A stretch of 64,000 nt of DNA. Origin: Candidatus Brennerbacteria bacterium. Lineage in GTDB: Bacteria; Patescibacteriota; Minisyncoccia; UBA6257; GWB1-50-10. The stretch covers positions 8,592 through 72,591 of the forward strand of contig JACPEK010000004.1 of NCBI GenBank assembly GCA_016183535.1, written 5' to 3'. A program made the translations under genes and the position numbers. Below are positions 34,524 through 44,355 of the stretch, piece after piece (positions within the stretch are counted from its first letter, which is position 1; each line of letters starts with the position of its first letter). The notes under the pieces were generated by a model that saw only the letters and a program-made list of their open reading frames with translations, did not search any database and was not told where the DNA came from.

Positions 34524-36368
34524 TTAAAACGTGGTTAAGACGACGGGCTTCAGGCGGAACCCTCTGACCATCTGCTCGAATTCCGCCTGCTCGATCGTTT
34601 CTTTTTCCATCAACGTTTTCGCGATTTTCTCGAGTGCGGATTTGTGCTTTGTAATAACCTGCTTCGCGGTTATGAGCGCCTTCGTAATCACCTTGTTCAT
34701 CTCCTCGTCGATTTGCGCACCCACCGCCTCCGAGTAGTCCTTCTCGGATGCGATTTCGCGCCCCAAAAAGATAAGTTCTTGCGCTTTGCCGAACGCCCGA
34801 GGACCGAGACGCTCACTCATGCCATAGCGCGTTACCAAACCATGCGCGAGGTCGGTCGCCTGCCGGATGTCGTTTGAAGAACCCGTTGAAATATCTTTGA
34901 ACACCGCGAATTCCGCCGCATAGCCGCCGAACGCGACCGCGAGATCCGCGAGGAATTGCGACCTGGTACGGAGACGTCGCTCTTCAGTGGGAAGTTTCAA
35001 CGTGTACCCGCCCGCCATGCCGCGCGAGACAATCGAGATTTTATGGACGGGATCCGCATCTTTCAAGGAGGCCGCGACCAAGGCGTGCCCCGCCTCATGG
35101 TACGCCGTGATTTCCTTCTCTTTCACGGAAATGACGCGGCTCCGGCGCGCGGGACCCAGCATCACTTTCTCGATCGAATCCAGAATGTCTTTTTCTCTCA
35201 CGATTTTTCGATTCTCGCGCGCGGCCACGATCGCCGCCTCGTTCATGAGATTTGCGAGATCGGCGCCCGAGAACCCCGGCGTGCGCACCGCGACTGTTTT
35301 CAATTTCACGTCTTTCTCGAGCGGCTTTCCTTTCGCGTGAATAGCGAGAATCGCCTCGCGATCCGCGATGTCCGGCATATCCAGCACCACCCGCCGGTCG
35401 AAACGGCCGGGCCGCAGGAGCGCGGGATCCAAAATATCGGGGCGGTTCGTCGCCGCCATCACAATCACGTTTGTGTCGCGCTCGAAGCCGTCCATTTCCA
35501 CCAAGATCTGATTGAGTGTTTGTTCGCGCTCATCATGGCCTCCGCCCAATCCCGCGCCGCGCTCGCGCCCCACCGCGTCGATCTCGTCAATAAATATTAT
35601 CGAGGGCGCCGCGCGCTTCGCGGTCTGGAAGAGGTCGCGCACGCGCGACGCGCCGACCCCCACAAACATCTCCACAAACTCCGACGCGGAGAGGTGGAAA
35701 AACGGCGCGTTTGATTCACCCGCGACCGCGCGCGCGAGAAGCGTCTTTCCTGTGCCGGGCGGCCCCATGAGGAGCGCCCCGCGGGGGATGCGCGCCCCGA
35801 TCTCCAAAAATTTTTTCGGATGGCGCAGAAAATCCACCACCTCTTCCAATTCCTCTTTCGTTTCTTTGAGTCCCGCGACGTCTTTGAAGGTTACCTTGTC
35901 GCGCGAGGCGGAGAAGAGGCGAGGATTGATTTTCCCGAACGAAAACGCTTGGTTCGCGCCCGTCTTCGCCTGCCGGAAAATCCACCAGAAAATAGCGAGC
36001 ATAAGGAGAAGCGGGAGGAGCGTGGGGAGGATGGCGCCGAGCCAGTACGCCGCACCGCTCTCACCCTCCACACTTAAAGCCACCGCGCGGAGCGCTTCGT
36101 CGGAGACGCCATAGTTTCTCAAGGTTTCCGTAAGGCTTGCCTCTTTTTCTTTTTTTGACGCGCCGAGAGAGCCGTCGGCAAACATCACCGCAAGCTCATC
36201 GCCTCTCACCTCGATGCTTTTCACCTCTCCCGCCGCGATCCGGGCGGCGAGGGCACCGATCGAAACCGGAGGGGTTTTATCCCGTTCTCCGCTCCAGAGC
36301 GAAACCAACGTCGCAACAAAAAGAATCAGTGTTATACCGACGAGAAAATGGCGGGTGAGTTGTCTCAT
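34524..36368 (-). CDS. ftsH: ATP-dependent zinc metalloprotease FtsH
   Basis: Two N-terminal TM helices, an AAA+ Walker [12 protein letters not shown], and an HEAGH zinc motif. Confidence 0.97.
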   Translation of the reverse strand: MRQLTRHFLVGITLILFVATLVSLWSGERDKTPPVSIGALAARIAAGEVKSIEVRGDELAVMFADGSLGASKKEKEASLTETLRNYGVSDEALRAVALSVEGESGAAYWLGAILPTLLPLLLMLAIFWWIFRQAKTGANQAFSFGKINPRLFSASRDKVTFKDVAGLKETKEELEEVVDFLRHPKKFLEIGARIPRGALLMGPPGTGKTLLARAVAGESNAPFFHLSASEFVEMFVGVGASRVRDLFQTAKRAAPSIIFIDEIDAVGRERGAGLGGGHDEREQTLNQILVEMDGFERDTNVIVMAATNRPDILDPALLRPGRFDRRVVLDMPDIADREAILAIHAKGKPLEKDVKLKTVAVRTPGFSGADLANLMNEAAIVAARENRKIVREKDILDSIEKVMLGPARRSRVISVKEKEITAYHEAGHALVAASLKDADPVHKISIVSRGMAGGYTLKLPTEERRLRTRSQFLADLAVAFGGYAAEFAVFKDISTGSSNDIRQATDLAHGLVTRYGMSERLGPRAFGKAQELIFLGREIASEKDYSEAVGAQIDEEMNKVITKALITAKQVITKHKSALEKIAKTLMEKETIEQAEFEQMVRGFRLKPVVLTTF

Positions 36369-36490
36369 GTGGGTATCACTATAAACGACTTCTCATTAAA
36401 AACAACACATCCGTGCGATGTGAAAGCGTCATCGAAAGGCGGGGGCGCAGAGGCTACGCCAATGATTCTTCGATTTTCAACCCACAAACG

Positions 36491-37666
36491 TTACTTCTTC
36501 AGCTTCAAAAGCGCTCTTCGCTCCGCGGGCTTCACCTCCTGCACCGCGAACACGTACGACTTCCCCATCACGAGTTGTTTCTTCATCTCCTCGATGCTTC
36601 CGAACTCCGTCACGTGAATCTGACCCTGTAAATCCGCGAAATTTATGAGCGCGCCGAAAGGATTCATGGCATACACCAATCCATTGACCTCCGTACCCGT
36701 GGGATAGCGCTCTGCGGCACCCACCCACGGATCGTCTTTAAGCGCCTTGAGCGACAGAGAAATTTTTCCGTCTTTGATTTCCGCGATTTTCACTTTCACC
36801 GCCTCGTCCAACTTCACCACCTCCTTCGGATTTTCCACCATGCGGTGGTCGAGTTCGGACACATGGATCAATCCCTCGACGGAGGGGTTGTCGGCAAATC
36901 GCACAAACACCCCGAAATCGGCAATGCCGGACACGATGCCTTCGATCACCTGCCCCTCGCCATAGTTCTTCACGAGTTCACGCATGGACACCTCGGCCGC
37001 TTCCCGTTCGGAGAGAATCAGCTTCCCGGTGCGGGGATTCGCATCAATGATTTTTACCGAAAGCTCCGTGCCCACAATGGCCTGGAGCATTTTTCCTATC
37101 TCGCTCTTATCTTCGGAAATGACCCGCGGATAGTGCTCGGGCGCGAGTTGGGAAACCGGTATAAACGCGGGGAGCCCTTCGAGGTCGGCGGTGAGACCTC
37201 CTTTATTCGCACCCGTCACCTTCACGGGAAAAGGCTCTCCTTTATCCTTTAATTCGACGGCGGCGGCCCACGCTTTTTGCCGCCCCGCCTCCGCGATCGA
37301 GAGTTCTACATAACCCTCCTCGTTGTCGAGCGCGACCACTTTCGCGTGGAGTGCGGCGCCGGGCTCGAGATTTTTGACGGCGCTCCGCGCACCCATGAGT
37401 TCTCCTTGATACACCACGCCTACCCCGTGCCGGCCGAGATCAAGAAGAATTCGGCGCGCGCCGCGCTCGAGGAGCGTTCCCTCGACGAGATCGCCCACCT
37501 TCAAGACGCCGAACGCCGCCGGTTCCTCCTTCACAAGCTCGGCGAGCCTCGAGATTGAATTTTTAGTTCCATTCGTCTGCATGAATATATTGAACGGCAT
37601 TTCAGCGTACCTTGAGAGCGGGGTAAAAATCAAGTATAAAGGGAGGGCGATCGTTATGGTTATCAC
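36491..37666 (-). CDS. S1 RNA-binding-domain protein (four S1 repeats; short ribosomal protein S1-like)
   Basis: Repeated S1 OB-fold segments (…G.V.G.V..I.DFGAFV…). The true start is probably MPFNIF or MQTNG near 37580-37600. Confidence 0.75.
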   Translation of the reverse strand: MITITIALPLYLIFTPLSRYAEMPFNIFMQTNGTKNSISRLAELVKEEPAAFGVLKVGDLVEGTLLERGARRILLDLGRHGVGVVYQGELMGARSAVKNLEPGAALHAKVVALDNEEGYVELSIAEAGRQKAWAAAVELKDKGEPFPVKVTGANKGGLTADLEGLPAFIPVSQLAPEHYPRVISEDKSEIGKMLQAIVGTELSVKIIDANPRTGKLILSEREAAEVSMRELVKNYGEGQVIEGIVSGIADFGVFVRFADNPSVEGLIHVSELDHRMVENPKEVVKLDEAVKVKIAEIKDGKISLSLKALKDDPWVGAAERYPTGTEVNGLVYAMNPFGALINFADLQGQIHVTEFGSIEEMKKQLVMGKSYVFAVQEVKPAERRALLKLKK

Positions 37667-38255
37667 TTATCATGGAGAAAACTACGTGAAGGCGGCGGCG
37701 GGATCCCTCGTATTCCTCGTCGATCCCACCGACGAGCGCTCATTCCGGAGCGCGAAGTTTGTGCTGTTCACCGAATCGCCCCCGCCGCTCATGAAAGGAG
37801 AAGGCACGGAAAATCTCCTCGCGCGGCGCGAACCTCTCCTTATCGCCGACGCGGGAGAGTACGAGGTGGAGGGTGTCCGCATCGCGGGATATCGCACGGG
37901 CATACGCGGTGAAACCTCTCATCTCGCCTACCGCGTCACGATGGAAAATCTCTCGCTCGTGTTCCTCGGCCATCTCACCGAACTCCCCGACCAAAAGACG
38001 GCGAGCGAGTTCGCTGACGCGGACATCTTGTTTGTGCCCGGAGGGGGAGCGCCGTGGCTTAAAGAGACGGACGCCGCGAAACTCGTGCGCCAACTCGAGC
38101 CCGGCATCATAATCCCCACGCTCGTCGGGAACCGCGCGTGCGAACGTTTCGTTAAAGAACTCGACGCGCAACCCGGCGCGCCCACCGACAAACTTACCCT
38201 CAAGAAGAAAGACGTCGTGCCGAAAGCGATGGCGGTAACGTGTCTCACCGCCTGA
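37656..38255 (+). CDS. Putative metallo-beta-lactamase-fold / UPF0173-like hydrolase
   Basis: About 200 aa starting MVITYHGEN. The YHGEN…LVFLVDP…LFVPGGG pattern suggests an MBL-like fold. The assignment is tentative. Confidence 0.4.
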   Translation: MVITYHGENYVKAAAGSLVFLVDPTDERSFRSAKFVLFTESPPPLMKGEGTENLLARREPLLIADAGEYEVEGVRIAGYRTGIRGETSHLAYRVTMENLSLVFLGHLTELPDQKTASEFADADILFVPGGGAPWLKETDAAKLVRQLEPGIIIPTLVGNRACERFVKELDAQPGAPTDKLTLKKKDVVPKAMAVTCLTA

Positions 38256-38677
38256 TATGCTCCATCATGCCGCTCTCCATTTTTATGAACGCGCGTGCGT
38301 TTCTCCGCAAGCTCCAGCGAGCCCCCGAACCGGTGAGAAAACGATGGTTTATTGGATTTTCGGCGGCCGCCATCGCCGTGGTACTCGCGGGATGGGCGCT
38401 CTCTCTCAATTTTTCCGTGGCGCCGGAAGAGCTCGCCGAAGCGACGGAGTCGAAGGAGCCTCCATTCGCTCAAACGTTCGGGAGGGGAATCGCGGTAATC
38501 CAGTCGGAGACCTCGGAACGATGGAGGGTGATTCAAAAAAACTGGGGATGGCTTTGGAGCGCGATCGGCGCGGCGCTCGACGAAGAAACTACGTTCTCGT
38601 TCATACAAGAAACGTCGTCTTCCTCGACGCCTCCCGCCTATGAGGCGCTCCCGCCCGCTACACTTCCCGTTCGATGA
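38240..38677 (+). CDS. Hypothetical membrane-anchored protein
   Basis: 145 aa with one TM helix (WFIGFSAAAIAVVLAGWALSL) and a Ser/Thr/Pro-rich tail. Confidence 0.45.
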   Translation: MSHRLICSIMPLSIFMNARAFLRKLQRAPEPVRKRWFIGFSAAAIAVVLAGWALSLNFSVAPEELAEATESKEPPFAQTFGRGIAVIQSETSERWRVIQKNWGWLWSAIGAALDEETTFSFIQETSSSSTPPAYEALPPATLPVR

Positions 38678-38760
38678 TTCAATCAAAATTACCGTTGAAA
38701 AGCGAATGATTTAAGAGAATCGAAACCAAATAATTTTTCAATTTTTCAATCCGCATAACC

Positions 38761-41313
38761 ATGGCACGCACCATTCACCCCACACCGGAAAAAGATCCGA
38801 AGAAAAAACCGGAGCAGGCGGCGCACGCCGCGCGGCGCGGAGCGGGGTCGCCTCCGCCCGCGGATTTACCCGCACCGGCGGGCGGCGTCGAAGCGCGCCC
38901 CATCGCGGACGAGCTCCGGGAGTCTTACCTCGACTACGCCATGTCCGTCATTGTGTCGCGGGCGCTCCCCGATGTGCGGGACGGCATGAAACCGGTTCAG
39001 CGAAGAATTCTCTGGGCGATGTGGGACCTCGGATTAACCCACGCCGCAAAGTTCAAGAAATCAGCGAATGTTGTGGGGGAAGTCCTCGGTAAATACCATC
39101 CGCACGGCGATATGGCGGTCTATGACGCGATGGCGCGCATGGCGCAAAATTTCTCCCTCCGCTACACCCTGGTCGACGGACAAGGCAACTGGGGTTCGAT
39201 TGACGGCGATCCTCCGGCGGCCATGCGTTACACAGAGAGCCGCCTCTCAAAAATCGCCGAGGAAATGCTCACCGACATCGAGAAGGAAACCGTCGTGTGG
39301 CGCGCAAACTACGACAGCTCCCGCCTCGAACCTTCTTATCTCCCTGCCAAACTCCCGAATCTCGTCGTGAACGGGACGGTCGGTATTGCCGTCGGCATGG
39401 CCACCTCGATCCCTCCCCACAACCTCGCCGAGGTCGCGGAAGCCCTCATTTATATCGCGAAGCATCCGGACATCGCGCTTGAAGAGCTCATGAGGTTCGT
39501 GCCGGGACCCGATTTCCCGACGGGCGGCGTAATTTACGACCGACGCGCGATCGCGAGCGCGTACCAGACGGGCCGCGGTTCCATTACCATGCGCGGCGTC
39601 GCCGAAATCGAGGAAGGAAAAAAGAACGCATTTCACATCATCATCACCGAGATCCCCTATCAGGTCAACAAATCCGACCTCGTGACGAAAATGGCGGAAC
39701 TCGTCACCGAAAAACGCATCGAGGGCGTAAGAGATATTCGCGACGAATCCGACCGCGAGGGGCTCCGGATTGTCTTGGATCTCAAAACCGACGCCGCGCC
39801 GCAGAAGATTTTGAACCAACTCTTCGAATACACCGAACTCCAGAAAAATTTCCACTTCAACATGCTCGCGCTCACAGACGGCCTCCAGCCGCAGATTCTC
39901 TCGCTCAAGGAGCTCCTCGCGGCGTACCTCGCCCACCGCGAAGACGTCATCCGCCGGCGCACCGCGTTCGATCTCGCGCGCGCGGAGGAACGCGCCCACA
40001 TCCTCGAGGGACTCGTGAAAGCGCTCGACGCGATCGATGAAGTCATCAGGATCATCAAAAAATCGGAAGACAAGGAGGAGGCGCGCGCCAACCTTATGAA
40101 AAAGTTTCAATTCACGGAAATGCAGGCGAATGCCATCTTGGAGATGCGTCTCCAGACGCTCGCCGCGCTCGAGCGTGAAAGGCTCGAGGGAGAACTCAAA
40201 GAAAAAAAGAAGCTCATCGGGGAATTGAAACTCATTTTGAAAACACCCGCGCGCATCACCGACCTGGTCATTGAGGAACTCGGCGAACTTAAAAAAGATT
40301 TCCCCGAACCGCGCCGCACGAAGGTTATTGCCTCCGGACTCAAGGAATTCAAGGATGAGGACTTAATCGCGAAAGAAGATATTGTGCTCGTCCTAACCGA
40401 AGACGGCTATCTCAAACGTTTGCCTCCCTCCGCTTTCCGTGCCCAGCGGCGGGGCGGCAAAGGCCTCATCGGTTTTGATCTCAAAGAAGAAGATCAGATA
40501 CGACAAATCACGGCGGCGACCACTCACGACAACGTGCTCTTTTTCACCGATCGCGGGCGCGCATTTCAAACCAAGGCGTATGAGATCCCCGTATCATCCC
40601 GCACCGCAAAGGGAAAATCAGTGTTGAACTTCCTCTCCGTTCCGCAAGGCGAAAAGATAACCGCGCTCGTCGCGTACGACGAGGCGGGCGCCCAAGGAAA
40701 GTTCCTCGCAATGGCGACAAAAGGGGGGGTTATTAAAAAAACCCCTCTCGGAGATTTTGCGAACGTACGCCGTTCGGGACTCGCCGCATTGAACCTTAAA
40801 AACGGCGACGCTTTACAGTGGGCGACGCTCTCTTCGGGAACGGATGAATTCATCCTTGTTACCGCGCAGGGAGCCTCTATCCGCTTCAAAGAAAAAGATG
40901 TCCGGCCGATGGGGCGGAGCGCCGGCGGCGTCGGCGCCGTACGCCTCAAAAAAGGAGACGAGGTCGCGGGACTTGATATAATAAGCGCGGGGGAAAAGTC
41001 AGAAATTAAAAATCAAAAGTTATTGGTCGTCATGTCGCGCGGTTATGCGAAACAAACACCCCTCAAAGAATACAAAGTTCAACGGCGCGGCGGCGGCGGG
41101 ATCAAGACCGCAAACGTCACCGAAAAAACCGGCCGCGTGATGGCCGCAATCATCGTGAGCGGAGAGGAAGAAGAGGTGCTCGCGTTTTCCTCGAAGGGCC
41201 AGGCACTCCGCACAAAACTCGCCGACATTCGCATCGCGGGTCGCGCCACGCAGGGAGTGCGCATCATGAATCTCGAGGCGGGGGATACCTTGATTGGACT
41301 TGTCTGCTTATAA
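38761..41313 (+). CDS. gyrA: DNA gyrase subunit A
   Basis: 850 aa with an active-site Tyr region (…AMRYTESRL…) and a C-terminal beta-pinwheel with a GyrA-box-like QRRGGKG motif. Confidence 0.95.
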   Translation: MARTIHPTPEKDPKKKPEQAAHAARRGAGSPPPADLPAPAGGVEARPIADELRESYLDYAMSVIVSRALPDVRDGMKPVQRRILWAMWDLGLTHAAKFKKSANVVGEVLGKYHPHGDMAVYDAMARMAQNFSLRYTLVDGQGNWGSIDGDPPAAMRYTESRLSKIAEEMLTDIEKETVVWRANYDSSRLEPSYLPAKLPNLVVNGTVGIAVGMATSIPPHNLAEVAEALIYIAKHPDIALEELMRFVPGPDFPTGGVIYDRRAIASAYQTGRGSITMRGVAEIEEGKKNAFHIIITEIPYQVNKSDLVTKMAELVTEKRIEGVRDIRDESDREGLRIVLDLKTDAAPQKILNQLFEYTELQKNFHFNMLALTDGLQPQILSLKELLAAYLAHREDVIRRRTAFDLARAEERAHILEGLVKALDAIDEVIRIIKKSEDKEEARANLMKKFQFTEMQANAILEMRLQTLAALERERLEGELKEKKKLIGELKLILKTPARITDLVIEELGELKKDFPEPRRTKVIASGLKEFKDEDLIAKEDIVLVLTEDGYLKRLPPSAFRAQRRGGKGLIGFDLKEEDQIRQITAATTHDNVLFFTDRGRAFQTKAYEIPVSSRTAKGKSVLNFLSVPQGEKITALVAYDEAGAQGKFLAMATKGGVIKKTPLGDFANVRRSGLAALNLKNGDALQWATLSSGTDEFILVTAQGASIRFKEKDVRPMGRSAGGVGAVRLKKGDEVAGLDIISAGEKSEIKNQKLLVVMSRGYAKQTPLKEYKVQRRGGGGIKTANVTEKTGRVMAAIIVSGEEEEVLAFSSKGQALRTKLADIRIAGRATQGVRIMNLEAGDTLIGLVCL

Positions 41314-41376
41314 ATTCTCAATTGCTAATTTTCAATCAATGATTAAATGATCAATGAAGTAATTGAAAATTAATTA

Positions 41377-42681
41377 ATGAATTTTACGAAAAACCAATTA
41401 ATTATTGCCGGTATTACGAGCTTTGTCGTGACGCTGGGCATCCTCGTGCTCGTCGGCGTTATTCCGGGCCTTCAATCATCGGATCCAACCGACGTTGCGG
41501 CGACGCTCGCTATATGGAATGTGGAGGATTCCGAAGGAGCCTTCGCGGCGGCATTCACCGCGTTCAGAACAAAATACCGCAACGTGACGTTCCAATATCG
41601 CTCGTTCCCCGATGAAGCGACCTACGAGGCGGCGCTTATCGACGCCTTGGCCGCCGGCGAGGGCCCCGATATCTTCGCCGTCCGAAGCGATAAAGTGCTC
41701 CGACACGCGAATAAGATGCTCCCCGCGCTCACCGCCATTACCCTGCCGGAGCTCCGAGCGCGTTTCCCTCAAATCGTGGAGAAGGATTTTTACCGCGCAG
41801 GGAGCGGTACCTACGCGCTCCCGCTCTCCATTGATACCCTCACGCTCTTTTATCACCGCGATCTTCTCGACACCGCGGGCGTCGCGAAAGTTCCCGCAAC
41901 CTGGGACGACATCCAGCGTACCGCGCCGCTCCTCACAAAAAAAGATTCTACGGGCGCGGTTCTACAGTCTGGCGTGGCGCTTGGCGGGCGCGCGGAAGAA
42001 ATCGAGGCGGCGATCGACACGCTCTATCTCCTTATGCTCCAGACAGGAACAAAGATGGGGGACGAGAGGGGAGATCGCGCCGCGTTCGATTCGGCGGAGG
42101 GTTTGAACGCTCTCCGTTTTTATCTCCAGTTCGGGAACCCGACTTCGGCATCCTACGCATGGAGGGGGAATCAGGGGAGCGCGCGGGTGCGCTTCGCGGA
42201 CGAAAAACTCGCTATGATGATTGATTATGCATCGGCCATCCCCGCGCTCGCCGCGCGGAACACGTTCCTCAACTATGGCGTGGCGCCCGTTCCCCAGCCG
42301 AAAGATGCGGGAAATGCGCTCACCTACGCTTCTTACTACGGCCTCGGCGTATCGCGCCGGAGCGCGAACCCTGCACTTGCATGGGAATTCATAACGACTG
42401 CGGCAACCTCGGAAGCGGCCGCGCAATCGTATGCCGAGGCGACCAAAAAACCTCCCGCGCTCCGATCGCTCGCAAACGCGTATGAGAGCGATCCGGTAAG
42501 ACGGGTGTTCGCGCGGCAAATTCTCACGGCCCGTTCGTGGCTTCAAACGGACCCTGACGCGATCCGCGCGTCATTTTCGAAACTCATCGAATCTGCGATT
42601 ATGAATCCTTCGGGGGTAGCCAACGCACTCCGCACCGCCGAGCGAGAAGTAACGGAGATAATAAGTCGTGGAAAATTCTAG
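41377..42681 (+). CDS. Extracellular solute-binding protein, family 1 (ABC-transporter-type substrate-binding protein), orphan
   Basis: 434 aa with an N-terminal signal/anchor and an SBP_bac_1-like fold (…LAIWNVEDSEGAF…YRAGSGTYALPL…). No permease or ATPase gene is adjacent. Confidence 0.7.
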   Translation: MNFTKNQLIIAGITSFVVTLGILVLVGVIPGLQSSDPTDVAATLAIWNVEDSEGAFAAAFTAFRTKYRNVTFQYRSFPDEATYEAALIDALAAGEGPDIFAVRSDKVLRHANKMLPALTAITLPELRARFPQIVEKDFYRAGSGTYALPLSIDTLTLFYHRDLLDTAGVAKVPATWDDIQRTAPLLTKKDSTGAVLQSGVALGGRAEEIEAAIDTLYLLMLQTGTKMGDERGDRAAFDSAEGLNALRFYLQFGNPTSASYAWRGNQGSARVRFADEKLAMMIDYASAIPALAARNTFLNYGVAPVPQPKDAGNALTYASYYGLGVSRRSANPALAWEFITTAATSEAAAQSYAEATKKPPALRSLANAYESDPVRRVFARQILTARSWLQTDPDAIRASFSKLIESAIMNPSGVANALRTAEREVTEIISRGKF

Positions 42682-42709
42682 GCGCGACAAAAGTTTTATA
42701 CTCTATCCA

Positions 42710-43126
42710 ATGAAGAAAACGGCGAGAGGGCGAATAGCGGCGGTAATAGCAGTGGTAATTTTCATAACGCTCACGGCGCCCGCATACGCCGGAGAGGGCA
42801 TCTGGAAGGACGCGAAGTGTGCGGCGGATTCGGCGGGTCCCACGAACCCCTGCGATTTCTGCGACGCTTTGGTTGTCGCCCGAAACATCGTGGGGACACT
42901 TCTCGAATTCGCGTTCCTCGCCGCGGCCGTCATGATCGCGGTAGGCGCGTTCATGATGATGTTCGCGGCCGGGTCAGAGGATCGCTTCAAATTGGGAAAA
43001 CAAACCATCCAGAACGCCGTGATCGGCCTTGCGGTCGCGCTCGGCTCGTGGCTCATCGTGAACACCATCCTCCAGTTCCTCTCCGGCAGGCCGGACCTGC
43101 CATGGAACAAGATCGCGTGCGGATAA
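42710..43126 (+). CDS. TrbC/VirB2-like type IV secretion system pilin family protein, paralog 1
   Basis: A signal peptide and two hydrophobic helices around the motif GAFMMMFAAGSEDRFKLGKQTIQNAVIGLAVAL. Confidence 0.7.
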   Translation: MKKTARGRIAAVIAVVIFITLTAPAYAGEGIWKDAKCAADSAGPTNPCDFCDALVVARNIVGTLLEFAFLAAAVMIAVGAFMMMFAAGSEDRFKLGKQTIQNAVIGLAVALGSWLIVNTILQFLSGRPDLPWNKIACG

Positions 43127-43173
43127 TCTGATACAATAGAATCCAAGCAAGTATGAAACATAAGGGGGCGATT

Positions 43174-43521
43174 ATGGGACTCATAATGATGATGGTGATT
43201 TTCGCCATCGCGCCATTTGCACTTGCGGGCGGACACGAGCCCCAAGGCAACGTCATTGAGCTCCCGAATCCTCTTGGCGCCACGAGCACACCCGCCGAGC
43301 TTCTCGATAAAATCCTCACCTTCCTTATCCAAATCGGCGGCGTCATCGCGAGCATTATGGTCATCGTGGGCGCGTTTCAGATGCTCTTCGCCGCGGGCGA
43401 CCCCGAGAAATTCATCATCGGCCGCCGCACCGTAATCTACGTCGCCGTCGGCTATGGTATACTGCTCATGGCGAAAGGAGTAACGCTCATCATTAAAGAT
43501 TTCCTTACCATAAAACCGTGA
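43174..43521 (+). CDS. TrbC/VirB2-like T4SS pilin family protein, paralog 2
   Basis: Motif VGAFQMLFAAGDPEKFIIGRRTVIYVAVGYGILL. An AAGGGGG RBS lies 6 nt upstream of the ATG at 43174. Confidence 0.75.
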   Translation: MGLIMMMVIFAIAPFALAGGHEPQGNVIELPNPLGATSTPAELLDKILTFLIQIGGVIASIMVIVGAFQMLFAAGDPEKFIIGRRTVIYVAVGYGILLMAKGVTLIIKDFLTIKP

Positions 43522-43553
43522 AAGGTCGATGAGTTAACGCGTTAAATAATCCT

Positions 43554-43904
43554 ATGAACAACAAGAAAGTAGTGTCAGCGATAGCGATAGGAGTCGCGCT
43601 CGCAACGCCGCTCATCGGCTTTGCGCAACCGACGACCGTAAGCGGTGTTACGAATCTCATAAATAAGGCGCTCGGAATCATTCAGTATGTGTTCTTTATC
43701 GTCGCGGCGATTTTCATTATCGTGGCGGCCTTCAAATATCTGACCGCGCAGGGCGACCCCGAAAAGGTAGGGGCGGCGCGCCAGATGGTGATCTACGCGG
43801 TGATCGGCATCGCGGTGGCGCTTCTCGCGCTCGTTATAGACAACATTGCGGCAGATTTTCTCGGAACCAGCGCTCCAGCTGAAATAACTCCGGGTAATTT
43901 TTAA
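43554..43904 (+). CDS. TrbC/VirB2-like T4SS pilin family protein, paralog 3
   Basis: Motif AAFKYLTAQGDPEKVGAARQMVIYAVIGIAVAL. Confidence 0.75.
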   Translation: MNNKKVVSAIAIGVALATPLIGFAQPTTVSGVTNLINKALGIIQYVFFIVAAIFIIVAAFKYLTAQGDPEKVGAARQMVIYAVIGIAVALLALVIDNIAADFLGTSAPAEITPGNF

Positions 43905-43924
43905 CCCGCGACATAGGGAATGAG

Positions 43925-43960
43925 AAAAACCGCTCCGGTTTAAACCGGAGCGGTTTTTTT
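43925..43960. terminator. Bidirectional rho-independent terminator after the pilin triplet
   Basis: aaaaaccgctccgg-ttta-aaccggagcggttttttt. Confidence 0.8.
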
Positions 43961-44010
43961 AAAAGAAAGCTCCGCAAATCATATATTTGCGGAGCGATAC
44001 ATTCGTTGAG

Positions 44011-44355
44011 TTAGTAGACGATGTCGACGAGCACCACATCGTCTTTCGGTCCCGAGAACCGGAAGGGGCCTGGTTTCTTTCCGTGCCATTCGGCGATCCA
44101 ACCGCTCGTCCCGTCGCCGAAGTGGATTCTTGCTTCCGGAGGGCCGGAGTAGTAAATACCCCGCGCCCCCTTGGGGTTCCCAATCGGATCGGTGAGGACG
44201 TTCTCGCCTTTGAGAACGACGACGATCCGATCGATTTTTTTCTCTGCTTTCTTATTAGCAGACAAAAACATGATTCCCCACACTATAAATCCGGAAATCA
44301 CGAGAAACCGGAGAAATTTCCATGCGTTTCCGGAAACGCCGTTTTCCTCTCTCAT
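44011..44355 (-). CDS. NfeD-like (short form) membrane protein partner of SPFH protein
   Basis: 114 aa with an N-terminal TM helix and a C-terminal beta-rich OB-like domain. It overlaps the upstream SPFH gene by 4 nt. Confidence 0.5.
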   Translation of the reverse strand: MREENGVSGNAWKFLRFLVISGFIVWGIMFLSANKKAEKKIDRIVVVLKGENVLTDPIGNPKGARGIYYSGPPEARIHFGDGTSGWIAEWHGKKPGPFRFSGPKDDVVLVDIVY

